Made by a program: the position numbers and the translations under genes. Shown piece by piece: positions 47,834-57,055 of a stretch of 59,951 nucleotides of DNA (position 1 is its first letter; each line of letters opens with the position of its first letter). Source of the DNA: a virus (Duplodnaviria > Caudoviricetes); IMG/VR virus record IMGVR_UViG_3300030104_001479, positions 1 through 59,951 of that record. One strand, given 5' to 3'. Below the pieces are notes generated by a model. The model had not been told where the DNA came from, searched no databases, and worked only from the letters and a program-made list of their open reading frames with translations.

Positions 47834-50298
47834 TGGCTATTGAAAAAGCTTTTTACACCAACGGTGCTGCACCACCTGAAGATACAATGGTGGTCGAGGT
47901 AGAGAACCCTGAATCCGTTACTGTAACTACCGAAGACATGGAGATGAGGATGGAGTTCGATGATGAACCCATGACTCCTAATCACTATGACAATCTGGTG
48001 GATTACATGGATCAAGCCGAGCTTGATGCGCTTGGTAGTGAGCTTGTGGGTTTGTATAAGGCTGATCATGAAAGCCGTCATAAATGGGAAGAGTCATACG
48101 TCAAAGGACTTGATCTGTTAGGGATGCGTTTTGAAAACCGTACAACCCCTTGGGACGGAGCCTGTGGCGTGTTTCATCCGCTGCTGAGTGAAGCCGTTGT
48201 CAGGTTCCAATCTCAAACGATCATGGAAATCTTTCCAGCCAGTGGCCCAGCCAAGACATCTATTGTAGGGGCGCTTACCCCAGACAAAGTTAAGCAGGCT
48301 GAGCGAGTTCAGGAATATCTGAACTATCTGATGACTAACGAGATGAGCGAATACCGGACAGAGACCGAGAAGTTGTTGTTTTCTCTACCGATTGCAGGTT
48401 CAGCTTTTAGAAAAATCTATTTTGATCATACATTGGGCAGGCCATGCTCGATGTTTGTGCCAGCAGAGGACTTTGTAGTCAACTATGGCACAGCGGATTT
48501 ACAAACAGCAGAGCGTTGTACCCATGTGATGAAGATGGAAGCCAACGAAGTGCTGAAATTACAGCAAAGTGGCTGGTATGCAGACATAGAATTGCCTGCA
48601 CCTGCACCAGATACCACAGAAATTGCTGAAAAATACGACAAGATGACTGGGTTTACACCAAATTATGAGGTAGATCAAAGACATACGCTGCTTGAAATGA
48701 TGGTTAACGTGGATTTGCCGGGGTTTGAAGACCTTGAGAACAACGAACCCACGAATATAGGCTTGCCTTACATCATTACGGTAGACAAATCGTCCAATAT
48801 TATCCTTTCGATACGCAGAAACTGGAAAGAAGAGGACGAATTAAAGATTAAGCGTCAACATTTTGTCCATTATCAGTATTTACCGGGGCTAGGTTTCTAC
48901 GGATTTGGCCTAACCCACATGATTGGCGGTTTAACCAAGTCTGCCACCTCGTTATTACGTCAATTAGTTGACGCTGGTACGTTAGCCAACCTTCCGGGTG
49001 GCTTAAAAGCGCGAGGATTGCGGATTAAAGGCGATGATTCGCCCATTATGCCGGGAGAATTCCGAGATGTGGACGTTCCGGGCGGCGTAATCAAGGATAA
49101 TATTACTTTTCTCCCGTATAAGGAGCCATCTGCTGTACTTCACCAGATGTTGCAGGAGATTGTGGAGGATGGAAGGCGATTTGCTTCTGCTGGTGACGTA
49201 AAAGCAGCGGATATCAACGGTGAAGCTCCAGTAGGTACAACGCTTGCGCTACTTGAGCGCGAGATGAAGGTGATTAGCGCGGTTCAGGCTCGTGTTCATG
49301 CTTCAATGAAGCAAGAGCTGAAGATTCTTTCAACCATTGTAGCTGAAGAAGGACCAAGAGCTTACCCTTATGAGACTGAAGAACAAGCCATTACTGCTGA
49401 GGACTTTGATGACAGAGTAGATATTATTCCTGTCAGCGATCCTAACGCAGGTACGATGGCGCAAAGGATTATGCAGTATCAAGCAGCCTTACAGTTAGCA
49501 GCTCAAGCTCCAGAAATGTACGACTTACCGTTGCTACATAGGCAAATGCTGGAGGTTTTGGGAATTCAGGATGCTGACAAGATTGTTCCAAACGAAGATG
49601 ATATTCCGCCTACAGACCCTGTTTCAGAAAATATGATGATTATGATGGGGCAGCCCGTAAAAGTTTATCCTTATCAAGATCATGATGCTCATATTAAAGT
49701 TCATCTGGCTGCTCTTAATGATCCTAAAATTGCTGAGATGTTAAATCTTTCTCCTGATGGAGCCGTAAAAGCTGCTGCGTTAAATGCTCATATTGCAGTT
49801 CATGTGGCTTACAAATATCGAAATGATATTGAGAAAGAGCTTGGTGTACCTCTTCCTCCTGTGGATTCAACTCTTCCAGAAGATGTAGAGTATAGGCTGT
49901 CACAACTTGTTGTTCCTGCGGCAGAACAGCTTACTGGAAAAGCAATGCAAATGGCTGAAGCTGAAAAGATGGCAGCTCAAGCTCAAGACCCAGTGCTACA
50001 GTTACAACAACAAGAACTTGCTCTGGAAGACAAGAAGATTACTGCGAAGACGCAGGTTGATCTGGCTAAGATTGATGCTGATCTTACTGAGGCTGCTGAG
50101 AAGATTGCTTCTACCGAAAAGATTGAAGGAGCCAAACTGGGTGTTAAGATTTCAGAAACCAACACCAAGGAAGAGCTGGAGTCTAAAAAGATTGCTTCAC
50201 AAGACAAGCTAGAGGGCGCTAAACTTGGTGTTGAAATAGCAAAAGAAATTATGATTGACGAAAGAACCAAAGAAATAACGGATCGTGACGATGAGTGA
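47833..50298 (+). CDS. Portal protein (P22-like)
   Basis: 821 aa; HPLLSEAVVRFQ, GSAFRKIY, FYGFGL, PVGTTLALLE; coiled-coil barrel C-terminus. Confidence 0.85.
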   Translation: MAIEKAFYTNGAAPPEDTMVVEVENPESVTVTTEDMEMRMEFDDEPMTPNHYDNLVDYMDQAELDALGSELVGLYKADHESRHKWEESYVKGLDLLGMRFENRTTPWDGACGVFHPLLSEAVVRFQSQTIMEIFPASGPAKTSIVGALTPDKVKQAERVQEYLNYLMTNEMSEYRTETEKLLFSLPIAGSAFRKIYFDHTLGRPCSMFVPAEDFVVNYGTADLQTAERCTHVMKMEANEVLKLQQSGWYADIELPAPAPDTTEIAEKYDKMTGFTPNYEVDQRHTLLEMMVNVDLPGFEDLENNEPTNIGLPYIITVDKSSNIILSIRRNWKEEDELKIKRQHFVHYQYLPGLGFYGFGLTHMIGGLTKSATSLLRQLVDAGTLANLPGGLKARGLRIKGDDSPIMPGEFRDVDVPGGVIKDNITFLPYKEPSAVLHQMLQEIVEDGRRFASAGDVKAADINGEAPVGTTLALLEREMKVISAVQARVHASMKQELKILSTIVAEEGPRAYPYETEEQAITAEDFDDRVDIIPVSDPNAGTMAQRIMQYQAALQLAAQAPEMYDLPLLHRQMLEVLGIQDADKIVPNEDDIPPTDPVSENMMIMMGQPVKVYPYQDHDAHIKVHLAALNDPKIAEMLNLSPDGAVKAAALNAHIAVHVAYKYRNDIEKELGVPLPPVDSTLPEDVEYRLSQLVVPAAEQLTGKAMQMAEAEKMAAQAQDPVLQLQQQELALEDKKITAKTQVDLAKIDADLTEAAEKIASTEKIEGAKLGVKISETNTKEELESKKIASQDKLEGAKLGVEIAKEIMIDERTKEITDRDDE

Positions 50299-50482
50299 TG
50301 GCGATCTTTTAGTTCATTTGCAAAAGAAGCTAAGAACGCACATGAACGAAACGGCTGATCATCTTAGTGCTGACGGTTGTAAAACGATTGAAGAATACAA
50401 GAAGTGTTGCGGGATCATAGAGGGACTCGCGCTCGCTGAAAGAGAATTGCTTGATATGGTGGAAGCCATAGAAGAAAACTAA
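50285..50482 (+). CDS. Hypothetical protein
   Basis: EEYKKCCGIIEGL motif; post-portal position. Confidence 0.65.
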   Translation: MTMSDGDLLVHLQKKLRTHMNETADHLSADGCKTIEEYKKCCGIIEGLALAERELLDMVEAIEEN

Positions 50483-50542
50483 TCTCCGCATAGTGCGGTG
50501 CATGGTGACTCTGGACACTTAATTCCAGTGCAAGGAAAACTA

Positions 50543-50941
50543 ATGACTGAAGCATTAGCAACTGTAAGTTCTGTAGGCGTTGAGTCTACTGATAAGGAAG
50601 CACGAAACGCTCACCAGCTTCCTGATCCTAAAGGGTATAAAATTCTTATTTCTTTACCTGAACCTGAGGAAGCAACCGAGGGCGGAATCCTTAAAGCGCA
50701 GCAAACCATTGAGCGCGAAGAGGTGGGTTCCATTGTTGGCTTTGTAATGAAGTTAGGCGCTGACGCTTATCAAGACAAAAAGCGTTTTCCTAACGGCCCT
50801 TACTGCAAGGAGGGTGACTTCATTATCATGAGGTCTTACTCTGGCACTCGATTCTTGGTTCATGGGAAAGAATTTAGATTAATTAACGATGACAGCGTTG
50901 AAGCTGTTGTTGAAGACCCTAGAGGAGTAATGAAGGCATGA
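50543..50941 (+). CDS. groES: GroES-like co-chaperonin
   Basis: PKGYKILI..TEGGI..VG.V..G..KEGD..YSG..RLINDD. Confidence 0.8.
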   Translation: MTEALATVSSVGVESTDKEARNAHQLPDPKGYKILISLPEPEEATEGGILKAQQTIEREEVGSIVGFVMKLGADAYQDKKRFPNGPYCKEGDFIIMRSYSGTRFLVHGKEFRLINDDSVEAVVEDPRGVMKA

Positions 50942-51951
50942 GCGAAGAAATCACTGGAACCGAAACTACCTCTGAGGATCAATTCTTTGGAGTGAAGTCA
51001 CAAGTGAAAGAAGAGGTTATAGATGATTCGGTAGAGATTATCGATGATACTCCTGAGGAGGAGAGAAAGCCTGCTCGTCAAGAAGCCGCAGAAACGGCGG
51101 ATTACGATGATGATGTCACTGAGGAAGAGCTTCAAAGTTACAGTCAAAAGGTGCAAAAGCGCATCAACAAACTACGAGCCGTAAATCACGCTGATCGCCG
51201 TAAACGGGGAGAAGCGGAACGGACGTTGCAAGAGCATGAACGCATTACCAAAAAGCTTCATGAAGAAAATCAGAAAATGAAAAAGCTGTTACGCCAAGGT
51301 GAGACAGCGATTTTAGATTCTGTTGGAAAGAAAACAGACCTAGAAATAAAACAGGCTGAAGAAGAGTTTAAATCTGCACATGAGTCAGGTGATACACAAA
51401 AAATTGCTGAAGCTCAAAAAGCGTTAACTGATGCCCAGATTCGTCAGAGAGATATAGCCGGGAGAACGCAACGTCTAAAGAATGCGCCTCCTGTAGAAGA
51501 GACAGCACCACCTATTCCAGAGCAACCAAGACTAAGTGATGCTCAAGTTAGGTGGCAAAACGAGAACCCTTGGTTCCAACCAACCGCAAGAGAAGGAGAA
51601 CAAGTGCCTGCTCTTCATAAAGAAATGACAGCAGTGGGTTATGCGATTCATGATACTTTGGTTAATGAATTAGGTATTAACCCATCAACTCAAGAAGAAC
51701 GGTACTTCTCTGAAGTTAACAAAAGAATACGAGCTAGATTCCCTGATTACTTTGGGGAAGAAGAGGTAGTAGAGGAAACTCCCGTAAGTCGGACTACCCC
51801 TGTTGCTCGTAGTAATACAAACGTGGTCGCTCCATCAAAAAGAAACAATGGAGCAAAGACACGCAAACTTCGACTTACCACATCTCAAGCTGCTATCGCT
51901 AAAAAGCTTGGGATATCCAATGAACAGTATGCTGCTGAACTATTAAAATAG
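50938..51951 (+). CDS. Putative capsid scaffolding protein
   Basis: Acidic coiled coil, NPWF, C-terminal AIAKKLGIS; upstream of MCP. Confidence 0.65.
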   Translation: MSEEITGTETTSEDQFFGVKSQVKEEVIDDSVEIIDDTPEEERKPARQEAAETADYDDDVTEEELQSYSQKVQKRINKLRAVNHADRRKRGEAERTLQEHERITKKLHEENQKMKKLLRQGETAILDSVGKKTDLEIKQAEEEFKSAHESGDTQKIAEAQKALTDAQIRQRDIAGRTQRLKNAPPVEETAPPIPEQPRLSDAQVRWQNENPWFQPTAREGEQVPALHKEMTAVGYAIHDTLVNELGINPSTQEERYFSEVNKRIRARFPDYFGEEEVVEETPVSRTTPVARSNTNVVAPSKRNNGAKTRKLRLTTSQAAIAKKLGISNEQYAAELLK

Positions 51952-51960
51952 GAGAAAGCA

Positions 51961-52431
51961 ATGTCGGAAGAAATTAGCGCAAAAGAGGTGGATACCACCA
52001 AACGCTCTGAAGAGGAGCGCAGCAAGGAAACTAGGCCGAGCGATTCGTGGCGGCCTGCATCTGCATTGCCTGATCCCGACCCTATTCCGGGTTGGTCGTT
52101 TCGCTGGATTCGTACCAGCTCTCTAGGGCAATCAGATAACACTAATGTCTCGCAAAAAATGCGTGAAGGATGGATACCTGTGAAAGCAGAAGATCATCCT
52201 GAGTTGAAAGTAATGTCTGACGTTGATTCCCGATTTAAGGGAAATGTTGAGGTAGGCGGTCTGTTGCTTTGTAAAATTCCTGAAGAGGAAATTAAGAAGC
52301 GTAATCAGTATATGCATAACTTAGCTCAAAATCAGATGGATGCTGTAGACAATAGCTTTATGCGGGAAGAGAATCCTGTGATGCCTCTTATTAAAGACAG
52401 GTCTAGCAGGACAACCTATGGACGAGGATAG
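51961..52431 (+). CDS. Conserved head-module hypothetical protein
   Basis: FRWIR..REGWIPV..GGLLLCKIP; GGAG RBS. Confidence 0.65.
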   Translation: MSEEISAKEVDTTKRSEEERSKETRPSDSWRPASALPDPDPIPGWSFRWIRTSSLGQSDNTNVSQKMREGWIPVKAEDHPELKVMSDVDSRFKGNVEVGGLLLCKIPEEEIKKRNQYMHNLAQNQMDAVDNSFMREENPVMPLIKDRSSRTTYGRG

Positions 52432-52478
52432 CCTTAATTTATAGGGGCTGTCTTCATTAATGATAATAGGAGACTACT

Positions 52479-53060
52479 ATGTCTGCGACTGCAACCCCTA
52501 TGGGAGCAGAACCTGTTGGCGGTTTATCTGCCTGTGGTTCGTTCTCTGGTAAGGTTCGCCATATAAAAATTGCTAGTGGTTATGCCGCTAATATTTTTTA
52601 TGGTGACTTTGTAAAGCTGGTCAATACCGGGACTATTGAAAAAGATACTGGTACTGCAACAGCTACTCCCGTTGGTATTTTTATGGGCTGTTTTTACACT
52701 GACCCTAATACCAGCCAGCCTACATTTAATCAAATGTGGCCTACTGGAACTGTAGCGGCTGACGCTATGGCTTATGTGCTTGATGACCCTGACGCTGTAT
52801 TTAGAATGCAGGGTGATGGTGCTTTGGCACAAACTACTTTGGGTAATAACATAGCTATTGTCCAAAACTCTGGTTCTACAACTATTGGACGCAGCAAGAA
52901 TGCAGTTAACGCTGGTACTGCTGCAACCACCGACACTCTACCTTTGCGGATTTTAGAGTTTATGGATGGCCCTGATAGCACTGTAGGTGACGCATTTACA
53001 GATGTACTACTAACGTACAACTTTGGAATGCACCAATATAGAAACGCCACAGGCGTATAG
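52479..53060 (+). CDS. Putative capsid decoration/cement protein
   Basis: IFYGDFV..GIFMGCFYTDP..DDPD; directly before MCP. Confidence 0.6.
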   Translation: MSATATPMGAEPVGGLSACGSFSGKVRHIKIASGYAANIFYGDFVKLVNTGTIEKDTGTATATPVGIFMGCFYTDPNTSQPTFNQMWPTGTVAADAMAYVLDDPDAVFRMQGDGALAQTTLGNNIAIVQNSGSTTIGRSKNAVNAGTAATTDTLPLRILEFMDGPDSTVGDAFTDVLLTYNFGMHQYRNATGV

Positions 53061-53072
53061 GAGGCTTAGCGA

Positions 53073-54011
53073 ATGGCTATATCAAGAGCGCAAATGCTCA
53101 AAGAGCTACTTCCGGGTCTTAATGCCCTGTTTGGCTTAGAGTATGCAAAGTACGAAGACGAAGATAGGATGATTTATGAAACAGAATCTTCTGATCGTTC
53201 GTTTGAAGAAGAAGTAAAGTTGAGTGGGTTTGGCGCTGCGCCTGTGAAGCCTGAAGGTTCTGCAATCAATTATGATTCAGCACAAGAAGCTTTCACTGCT
53301 CGTTACACTCATGAAACTGTAGCTCAGGGTTTCGCTATTACTGAAGAAGCAATGGAGGATAACCTCTATGCCTCTCTGTCTCAGCGATACACTAAAGCTT
53401 TGGCAAGAGCGATGGCTTACACCAAGCAAGTAAAAGCTGCTTTCCCACTAAACAATGGCTTCACTAACGCCTTTCAATCTGGCGATGGTGTTAACTTGTT
53501 TACTGCGGTAGGCGATGGCATAGCTGGCGGTGGTGGTCACCCTCTAGTTAATGGCGGATTCAACTCAAACCGTCCTGCGACTGCGGCGGATTTGAACGAA
53601 ACTTCATTAGAGGACGCAGTAATTCAGATTGCTGCTTACACTGATGAGCGCGGACTTCTTATCGCTGCTAGACCACGGCGTTTGATTGTTCCGCCTAACC
53701 TGATGTTTGTTGCTACTCGAATCCTAGATTCCGAGTTGCGTGTCAGCACATCTGATAACGACATCAATGCCATTAAGAACAATGGCTCCATTCCTGAAGG
53801 CTATTCTGTCAATCACTATCTGACTGACAGCAATGCTTTCTACATCATCACTGATGTACCGAATGGCATGAAGCATTTCGAGCGTACTCCGCTTGAGACT
53901 TCAATGGACGGCGATTTCGATACTGGTAACGTGCGCTACAAAGCGCGAGAGCGTTACAGCTTCGGTGTCTCTGACCCACTAGGAATATACGGTTCTCCGG
54001 GTACTTCCTAA
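53073..54011 (+). CDS. Major capsid protein
   Basis: ISRAQMLKELLPGLNALFG, KPEGSAI, LIVPP, YKARERYSFG; strong GGAGG RBS. Confidence 0.9.
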   Translation: MAISRAQMLKELLPGLNALFGLEYAKYEDEDRMIYETESSDRSFEEEVKLSGFGAAPVKPEGSAINYDSAQEAFTARYTHETVAQGFAITEEAMEDNLYASLSQRYTKALARAMAYTKQVKAAFPLNNGFTNAFQSGDGVNLFTAVGDGIAGGGGHPLVNGGFNSNRPATAADLNETSLEDAVIQIAAYTDERGLLIAARPRRLIVPPNLMFVATRILDSELRVSTSDNDINAIKNNGSIPEGYSVNHYLTDSNAFYIITDVPNGMKHFERTPLETSMDGDFDTGNVRYKARERYSFGVSDPLGIYGSPGTS

Positions 54012-54019
54012 AGTAGAAT

Positions 54020-54083
54020 AAGAAGCGGATAACAGGCATCTACTTGTTTATCCCTTGTTAGATGTCTGCCGCTTCTTTTTTTT
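54020..54083 (+). terminator. Intrinsic terminator after MCP (long bulged stem)
   Basis: AAGAAGCGG/CCGCTTCTT plus CAGGCATCTA/TAGATGTCTG, followed by a T-run. Confidence 0.75.
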
Positions 54084-54209
54084 ACGTCATATTAACTGGC
54101 CTAAAACCTTAATCACGTTTTGGTGAAATTTATGAAGCTGAAGCGAAACGCTTGATGAGTAAGAAAATGCTCAAATGTTCTTCCTTCTACGGTTAATATG
54201 ATTTTTATT

Positions 54210-54286
54210 CTAGGAAACATAAAGTTTTAGCGACCAGCCTAGTGGACATTTACGAAGACGCTAAGACAAATCCTTTCGTAAAGAGG
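54210..54286 (+). promoter_or_regulatory. Candidate cis-regulatory double-pseudoknot RNA abutting an RBS
   Basis: Three crossing helices of 5, 9 and 9 bp ending at GAGG. Confidence 0.5.
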
Positions 54287-54294
54287 TGACTCTA

Positions 54295-54831
54295 ATGGCT
54301 TTATCAACATTCCAAGGCCCGATCAGATCAATGGGTGGTTCTTACAATCAAGGGCCAGAATCAGTAGTTGCGTTAACCGCTGATACTATAATCAATCCTA
54401 CGGATCATGCGGGTAAACTAATTCTTATCAACAACTCCACTCTGACTATTACTCTTCCCACTATAAATGCGGCAGGTCTTGATCCAGTCGCTGGACCATT
54501 CCGAAAAGGTGGTGGTCCTAACACAGTGAGCAACGTGGGTATTGAGTATAAGTTCTTAATGCTAACCTCTTCTGGGACAAGCACTACAATCGGAAGTGCC
54601 ACTGCCGCTGATATTATGATTGGATCAATGGTTCAAGGTAAAGCTGGCTTGGGTGCTGTCCATGTGTTTGAGCCAAATGGCTCCTCTAACTACCAGCTAG
54701 TTTTCGATGGAACAACGACTGGTGGTGTAGCAGGAAGTTATTTCTCTATAACTGCTGTGTTTGCAAATCGTTATTTGGTTCAAGGTGTTAACCTTGGTAG
54801 CGGAACTTTAGCAACCCCTTTTAGCGGTTAG
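54295..54831 (+). CDS. Putative virion protein
   Basis: STFQGPIRS N-terminus, ITLP, GTTTGG; follows MCP. Confidence 0.6.
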   Translation: MALSTFQGPIRSMGGSYNQGPESVVALTADTIINPTDHAGKLILINNSTLTITLPTINAAGLDPVAGPFRKGGGPNTVSNVGIEYKFLMLTSSGTSTTIGSATAADIMIGSMVQGKAGLGAVHVFEPNGSSNYQLVFDGTTTGGVAGSYFSITAVFANRYLVQGVNLGSGTLATPFSG

Positions 54832-54836
54832 ATTAT

Positions 54837-54860
54837 AGCGGGGCTTGCCCCGCTTTTATT
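54837..54860 (+). terminator. Intrinsic terminator
   Basis: GCGGGG-CTTG-CCCCGC followed by TTTTATT. Confidence 0.65.
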
Positions 54861-54870
54861 GGAGGTTTAT

Positions 54871-55281
54871 ATGGCAGATGCACTTACCAGCCAAGTAATT
54901 GAGGATGGCCCACGAAATGCTGTCTTAAAGTTTACAAATGTGAGTGACGGGACGGGTCAAACAGATGCGGTTCTGGTAGATGTTTCTACTTTAAGTTCTG
55001 ATCCTCTTACCGGACAAGTTTGTAACGGTGTTGTGTTGCAGAAAATAACTTATTCTAATGTAGGTATGGGCGTTGAATTATTCTGGGATGCCACTACCAA
55101 TGTTCCTTTGCTTAATCTATTAGAGAACTGGTCTGACCAGTTAGACTTTACCCCAACGGGTATTCCTAATAGCGGAGGAGCAGGCAAGACAGGAGATATT
55201 TTAGTGACCACAAGCAATGCTGGTGCTAACGACACTTATCTTTTGATCTTAACTCTAACTAAAACGTATGCGAGCGTTTAA
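54871..55281 (+). CDS. Putative virion protein
   Basis: GGAGG RBS; KFTNVSDGTG..LFWDAT..GDI. Confidence 0.6.
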   Translation: MADALTSQVIEDGPRNAVLKFTNVSDGTGQTDAVLVDVSTLSSDPLTGQVCNGVVLQKITYSNVGMGVELFWDATTNVPLLNLLENWSDQLDFTPTGIPNSGGAGKTGDILVTTSNAGANDTYLLILTLTKTYASV

Positions 55282-55292
55282 GGCATTTTATT

Positions 55293-55640
55293 ATGGCTAA
55301 GAAACTAGAAGTAGTTCAAAACGGAAACTTTAGTAATGGCGATCCAGTTTTTCAGATTGGTAGCATCAATGCTGATGGTGATCGTGAGATAGCAGTTTTT
55401 GACCTGATGACTGAGTCGGAAGCAAAAGCAAAGCTCAAGAGTATGGGTGGTTCTTCTAAGTCTACTTCTAAGGCTGCTGAGCCAGTAGAAGAGGTTGAAG
55501 AGACAACCAAGGTTGATCTAAACAAAATGACCAAAGTCGAGCTTGAAGAATTTGCTCGTGAGTTTGGTGTTGAGTTAGATCGCAGGGAAAAAAAAGAAAC
55601 TCTTGTAAAGCAAGCTTACAAGGCTCAGTTTGATGGCTAG
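55293..55640 (+). CDS. Protein with C-terminal Rho-N/HeH-like motif
   Basis: DLNKMTKVELEEFAREFGVEL..KKETLV. Confidence 0.6.
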   Translation: MAKKLEVVQNGNFSNGDPVFQIGSINADGDREIAVFDLMTESEAKAKLKSMGGSSKSTSKAAEPVEEVEETTKVDLNKMTKVELEEFAREFGVELDRREKKETLVKQAYKAQFDG

Positions 55641-56157
55641 AAATTATCGAGGCGAATACGATAATTATCACAAAAAGTCTGCTCAAAAGAAAAACAGAGC
55701 TGGTCGTAATGCGGCTAGGAATTCTTTAAAATCTAGTGGTCGAGTTAAAAAAGGTGATGGCAAGGATGTTCATCACAAAGATGGTAATCCTCGCAATAAT
55801 AGGAGTTCTAATTTGGCTGTTGTTTCAAAGACTTCTAATAGAAAGCGTACCCTTAAAAAGGGAGGCTCAACTAAAAAGAAAGATATGGGGATAAAAACCT
55901 CTGTTAAGTCAGGCAACTTTCGAGCAACCAAGAAAGGCGCAGGGATGACCGAGAAGGGCGTAAAAGCTTACAGAAAAGCTAATCCCGGCAGTAAATTAAA
56001 GACCGCTGTTACTGAAAAGAAACCCTCAAAGGCTAACGCAAAAAGGCGAAAGTCCTATTGCGCTCGTTCTGAAGGACAAATGAAAAAGTTTCCTAAGGCA
56101 GCAAAAGACCCTAACAGTCGTTTGCGACAAGCTAGGAAGCGATGGAGATGTCGATGA
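55633..56157 (+). CDS. Basic fusion protein: HNH-like module + DUF6321-like module
   Basis: DVHHKDGNPRNN..NL..NR, LKKGG linker, then GVKAYRKANPGSKLK..RKSYCARS..RWRC. Confidence 0.6.
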   Translation: MARNYRGEYDNYHKKSAQKKNRAGRNAARNSLKSSGRVKKGDGKDVHHKDGNPRNNRSSNLAVVSKTSNRKRTLKKGGSTKKKDMGIKTSVKSGNFRATKKGAGMTEKGVKAYRKANPGSKLKTAVTEKKPSKANAKRRKSYCARSEGQMKKFPKAAKDPNSRLRQARKRWRCR

Positions 56158-56360
56158 AAGGCAAAGAGAAAGTTAGCTACGTTATGAATGAGTTTAAAGA
56201 CGGCAAGCTTAAGTCTAGCTCTGGAAAGAAAGTCACTGATCGAAACCAAGCGATGGCTATTGCGCTTAGTGAAGCAGGTATCAGCAAGAAGATGTTTGCT
56301 GGAGGAAGGCTGGGTGACGGCAGAGCAGTCCAAGGACACACTAGAGGCAGGAATGTCTAA
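56154..56360 (+). CDS. Small basic protein (DUF6496-like)
   Basis: VMNEFKDGKLKSSSGKKV..QAMAIALSEA. Confidence 0.6.
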   Translation: MKGKEKVSYVMNEFKDGKLKSSSGKKVTDRNQAMAIALSEAGISKKMFAGGRLGDGRAVQGHTRGRNV

Positions 56361-57055
56361 TGGCTACGAGCGGAACTTATACGTTTAATCTTGATCTAGG
56401 CGATGTCATGGAAGAAGCCTATGAGCGGTGTGGCTTAGAGTTGCGCTCTGGTTTTGACTACAGGACAGCTAGAAGAAGTCTTAATCTGTTGATGCTGGAT
56501 TGGCAGAATCGCGGTCTTAGTTTGTGGACTGTAAAGGGAGCTACTGAAACTTTAACTCCGGGCCAAGGGGCTTATCCTCTAACGTCCGAGAAGTTAGATA
56601 TTGTAGAAGCTTTCATGAGAACAAATGCGGGTGATACGACAAAGCAATCAGACTTGACTATGCAGCGTATTTCTATTGCTCAGTATTCTCATCAAACGAA
56701 TAAATTGTTAGAGGGAAGACCTATTCAATACTGGGTAGAAAGAGCGCCTAGCGGAATAACAGTTAATGTTTGGCCTGTTCCAGATGCTTCTCAAACGTGG
56801 ACTTTTGGTTATTACTATATGGAACGAATTGAAGACGCAGGTACGCCAGCCTCTCTAAACATGGATGTTCCAGCTAGATTTCTTCCTTGTTTAACGGCAG
56901 GACTAGCCTATATGATTGCTCAAAAGAAACCAGAAGCTCTTCAGCTTGTTCCCATGCTTAAAGAATTATATGAGGAGCAATGGACTATGGCTTCTGATTC
57001 AGCTAGAGAAAAAGCAGCTTTATATGTTGTTCCCGGTGGATATCAATACTTATGA
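56360..57055 (+). CDS. Head-tail adaptor / tail tubular protein
   Basis: EEAYERCG..ARRSLNL..WQNRG..GRP..VWPVPD..LAY. Confidence 0.65.
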   Translation: MATSGTYTFNLDLGDVMEEAYERCGLELRSGFDYRTARRSLNLLMLDWQNRGLSLWTVKGATETLTPGQGAYPLTSEKLDIVEAFMRTNAGDTTKQSDLTMQRISIAQYSHQTNKLLEGRPIQYWVERAPSGITVNVWPVPDASQTWTFGYYYMERIEDAGTPASLNMDVPARFLPCLTAGLAYMIAQKKPEALQLVPMLKELYEEQWTMASDSAREKAALYVVPGGYQYL

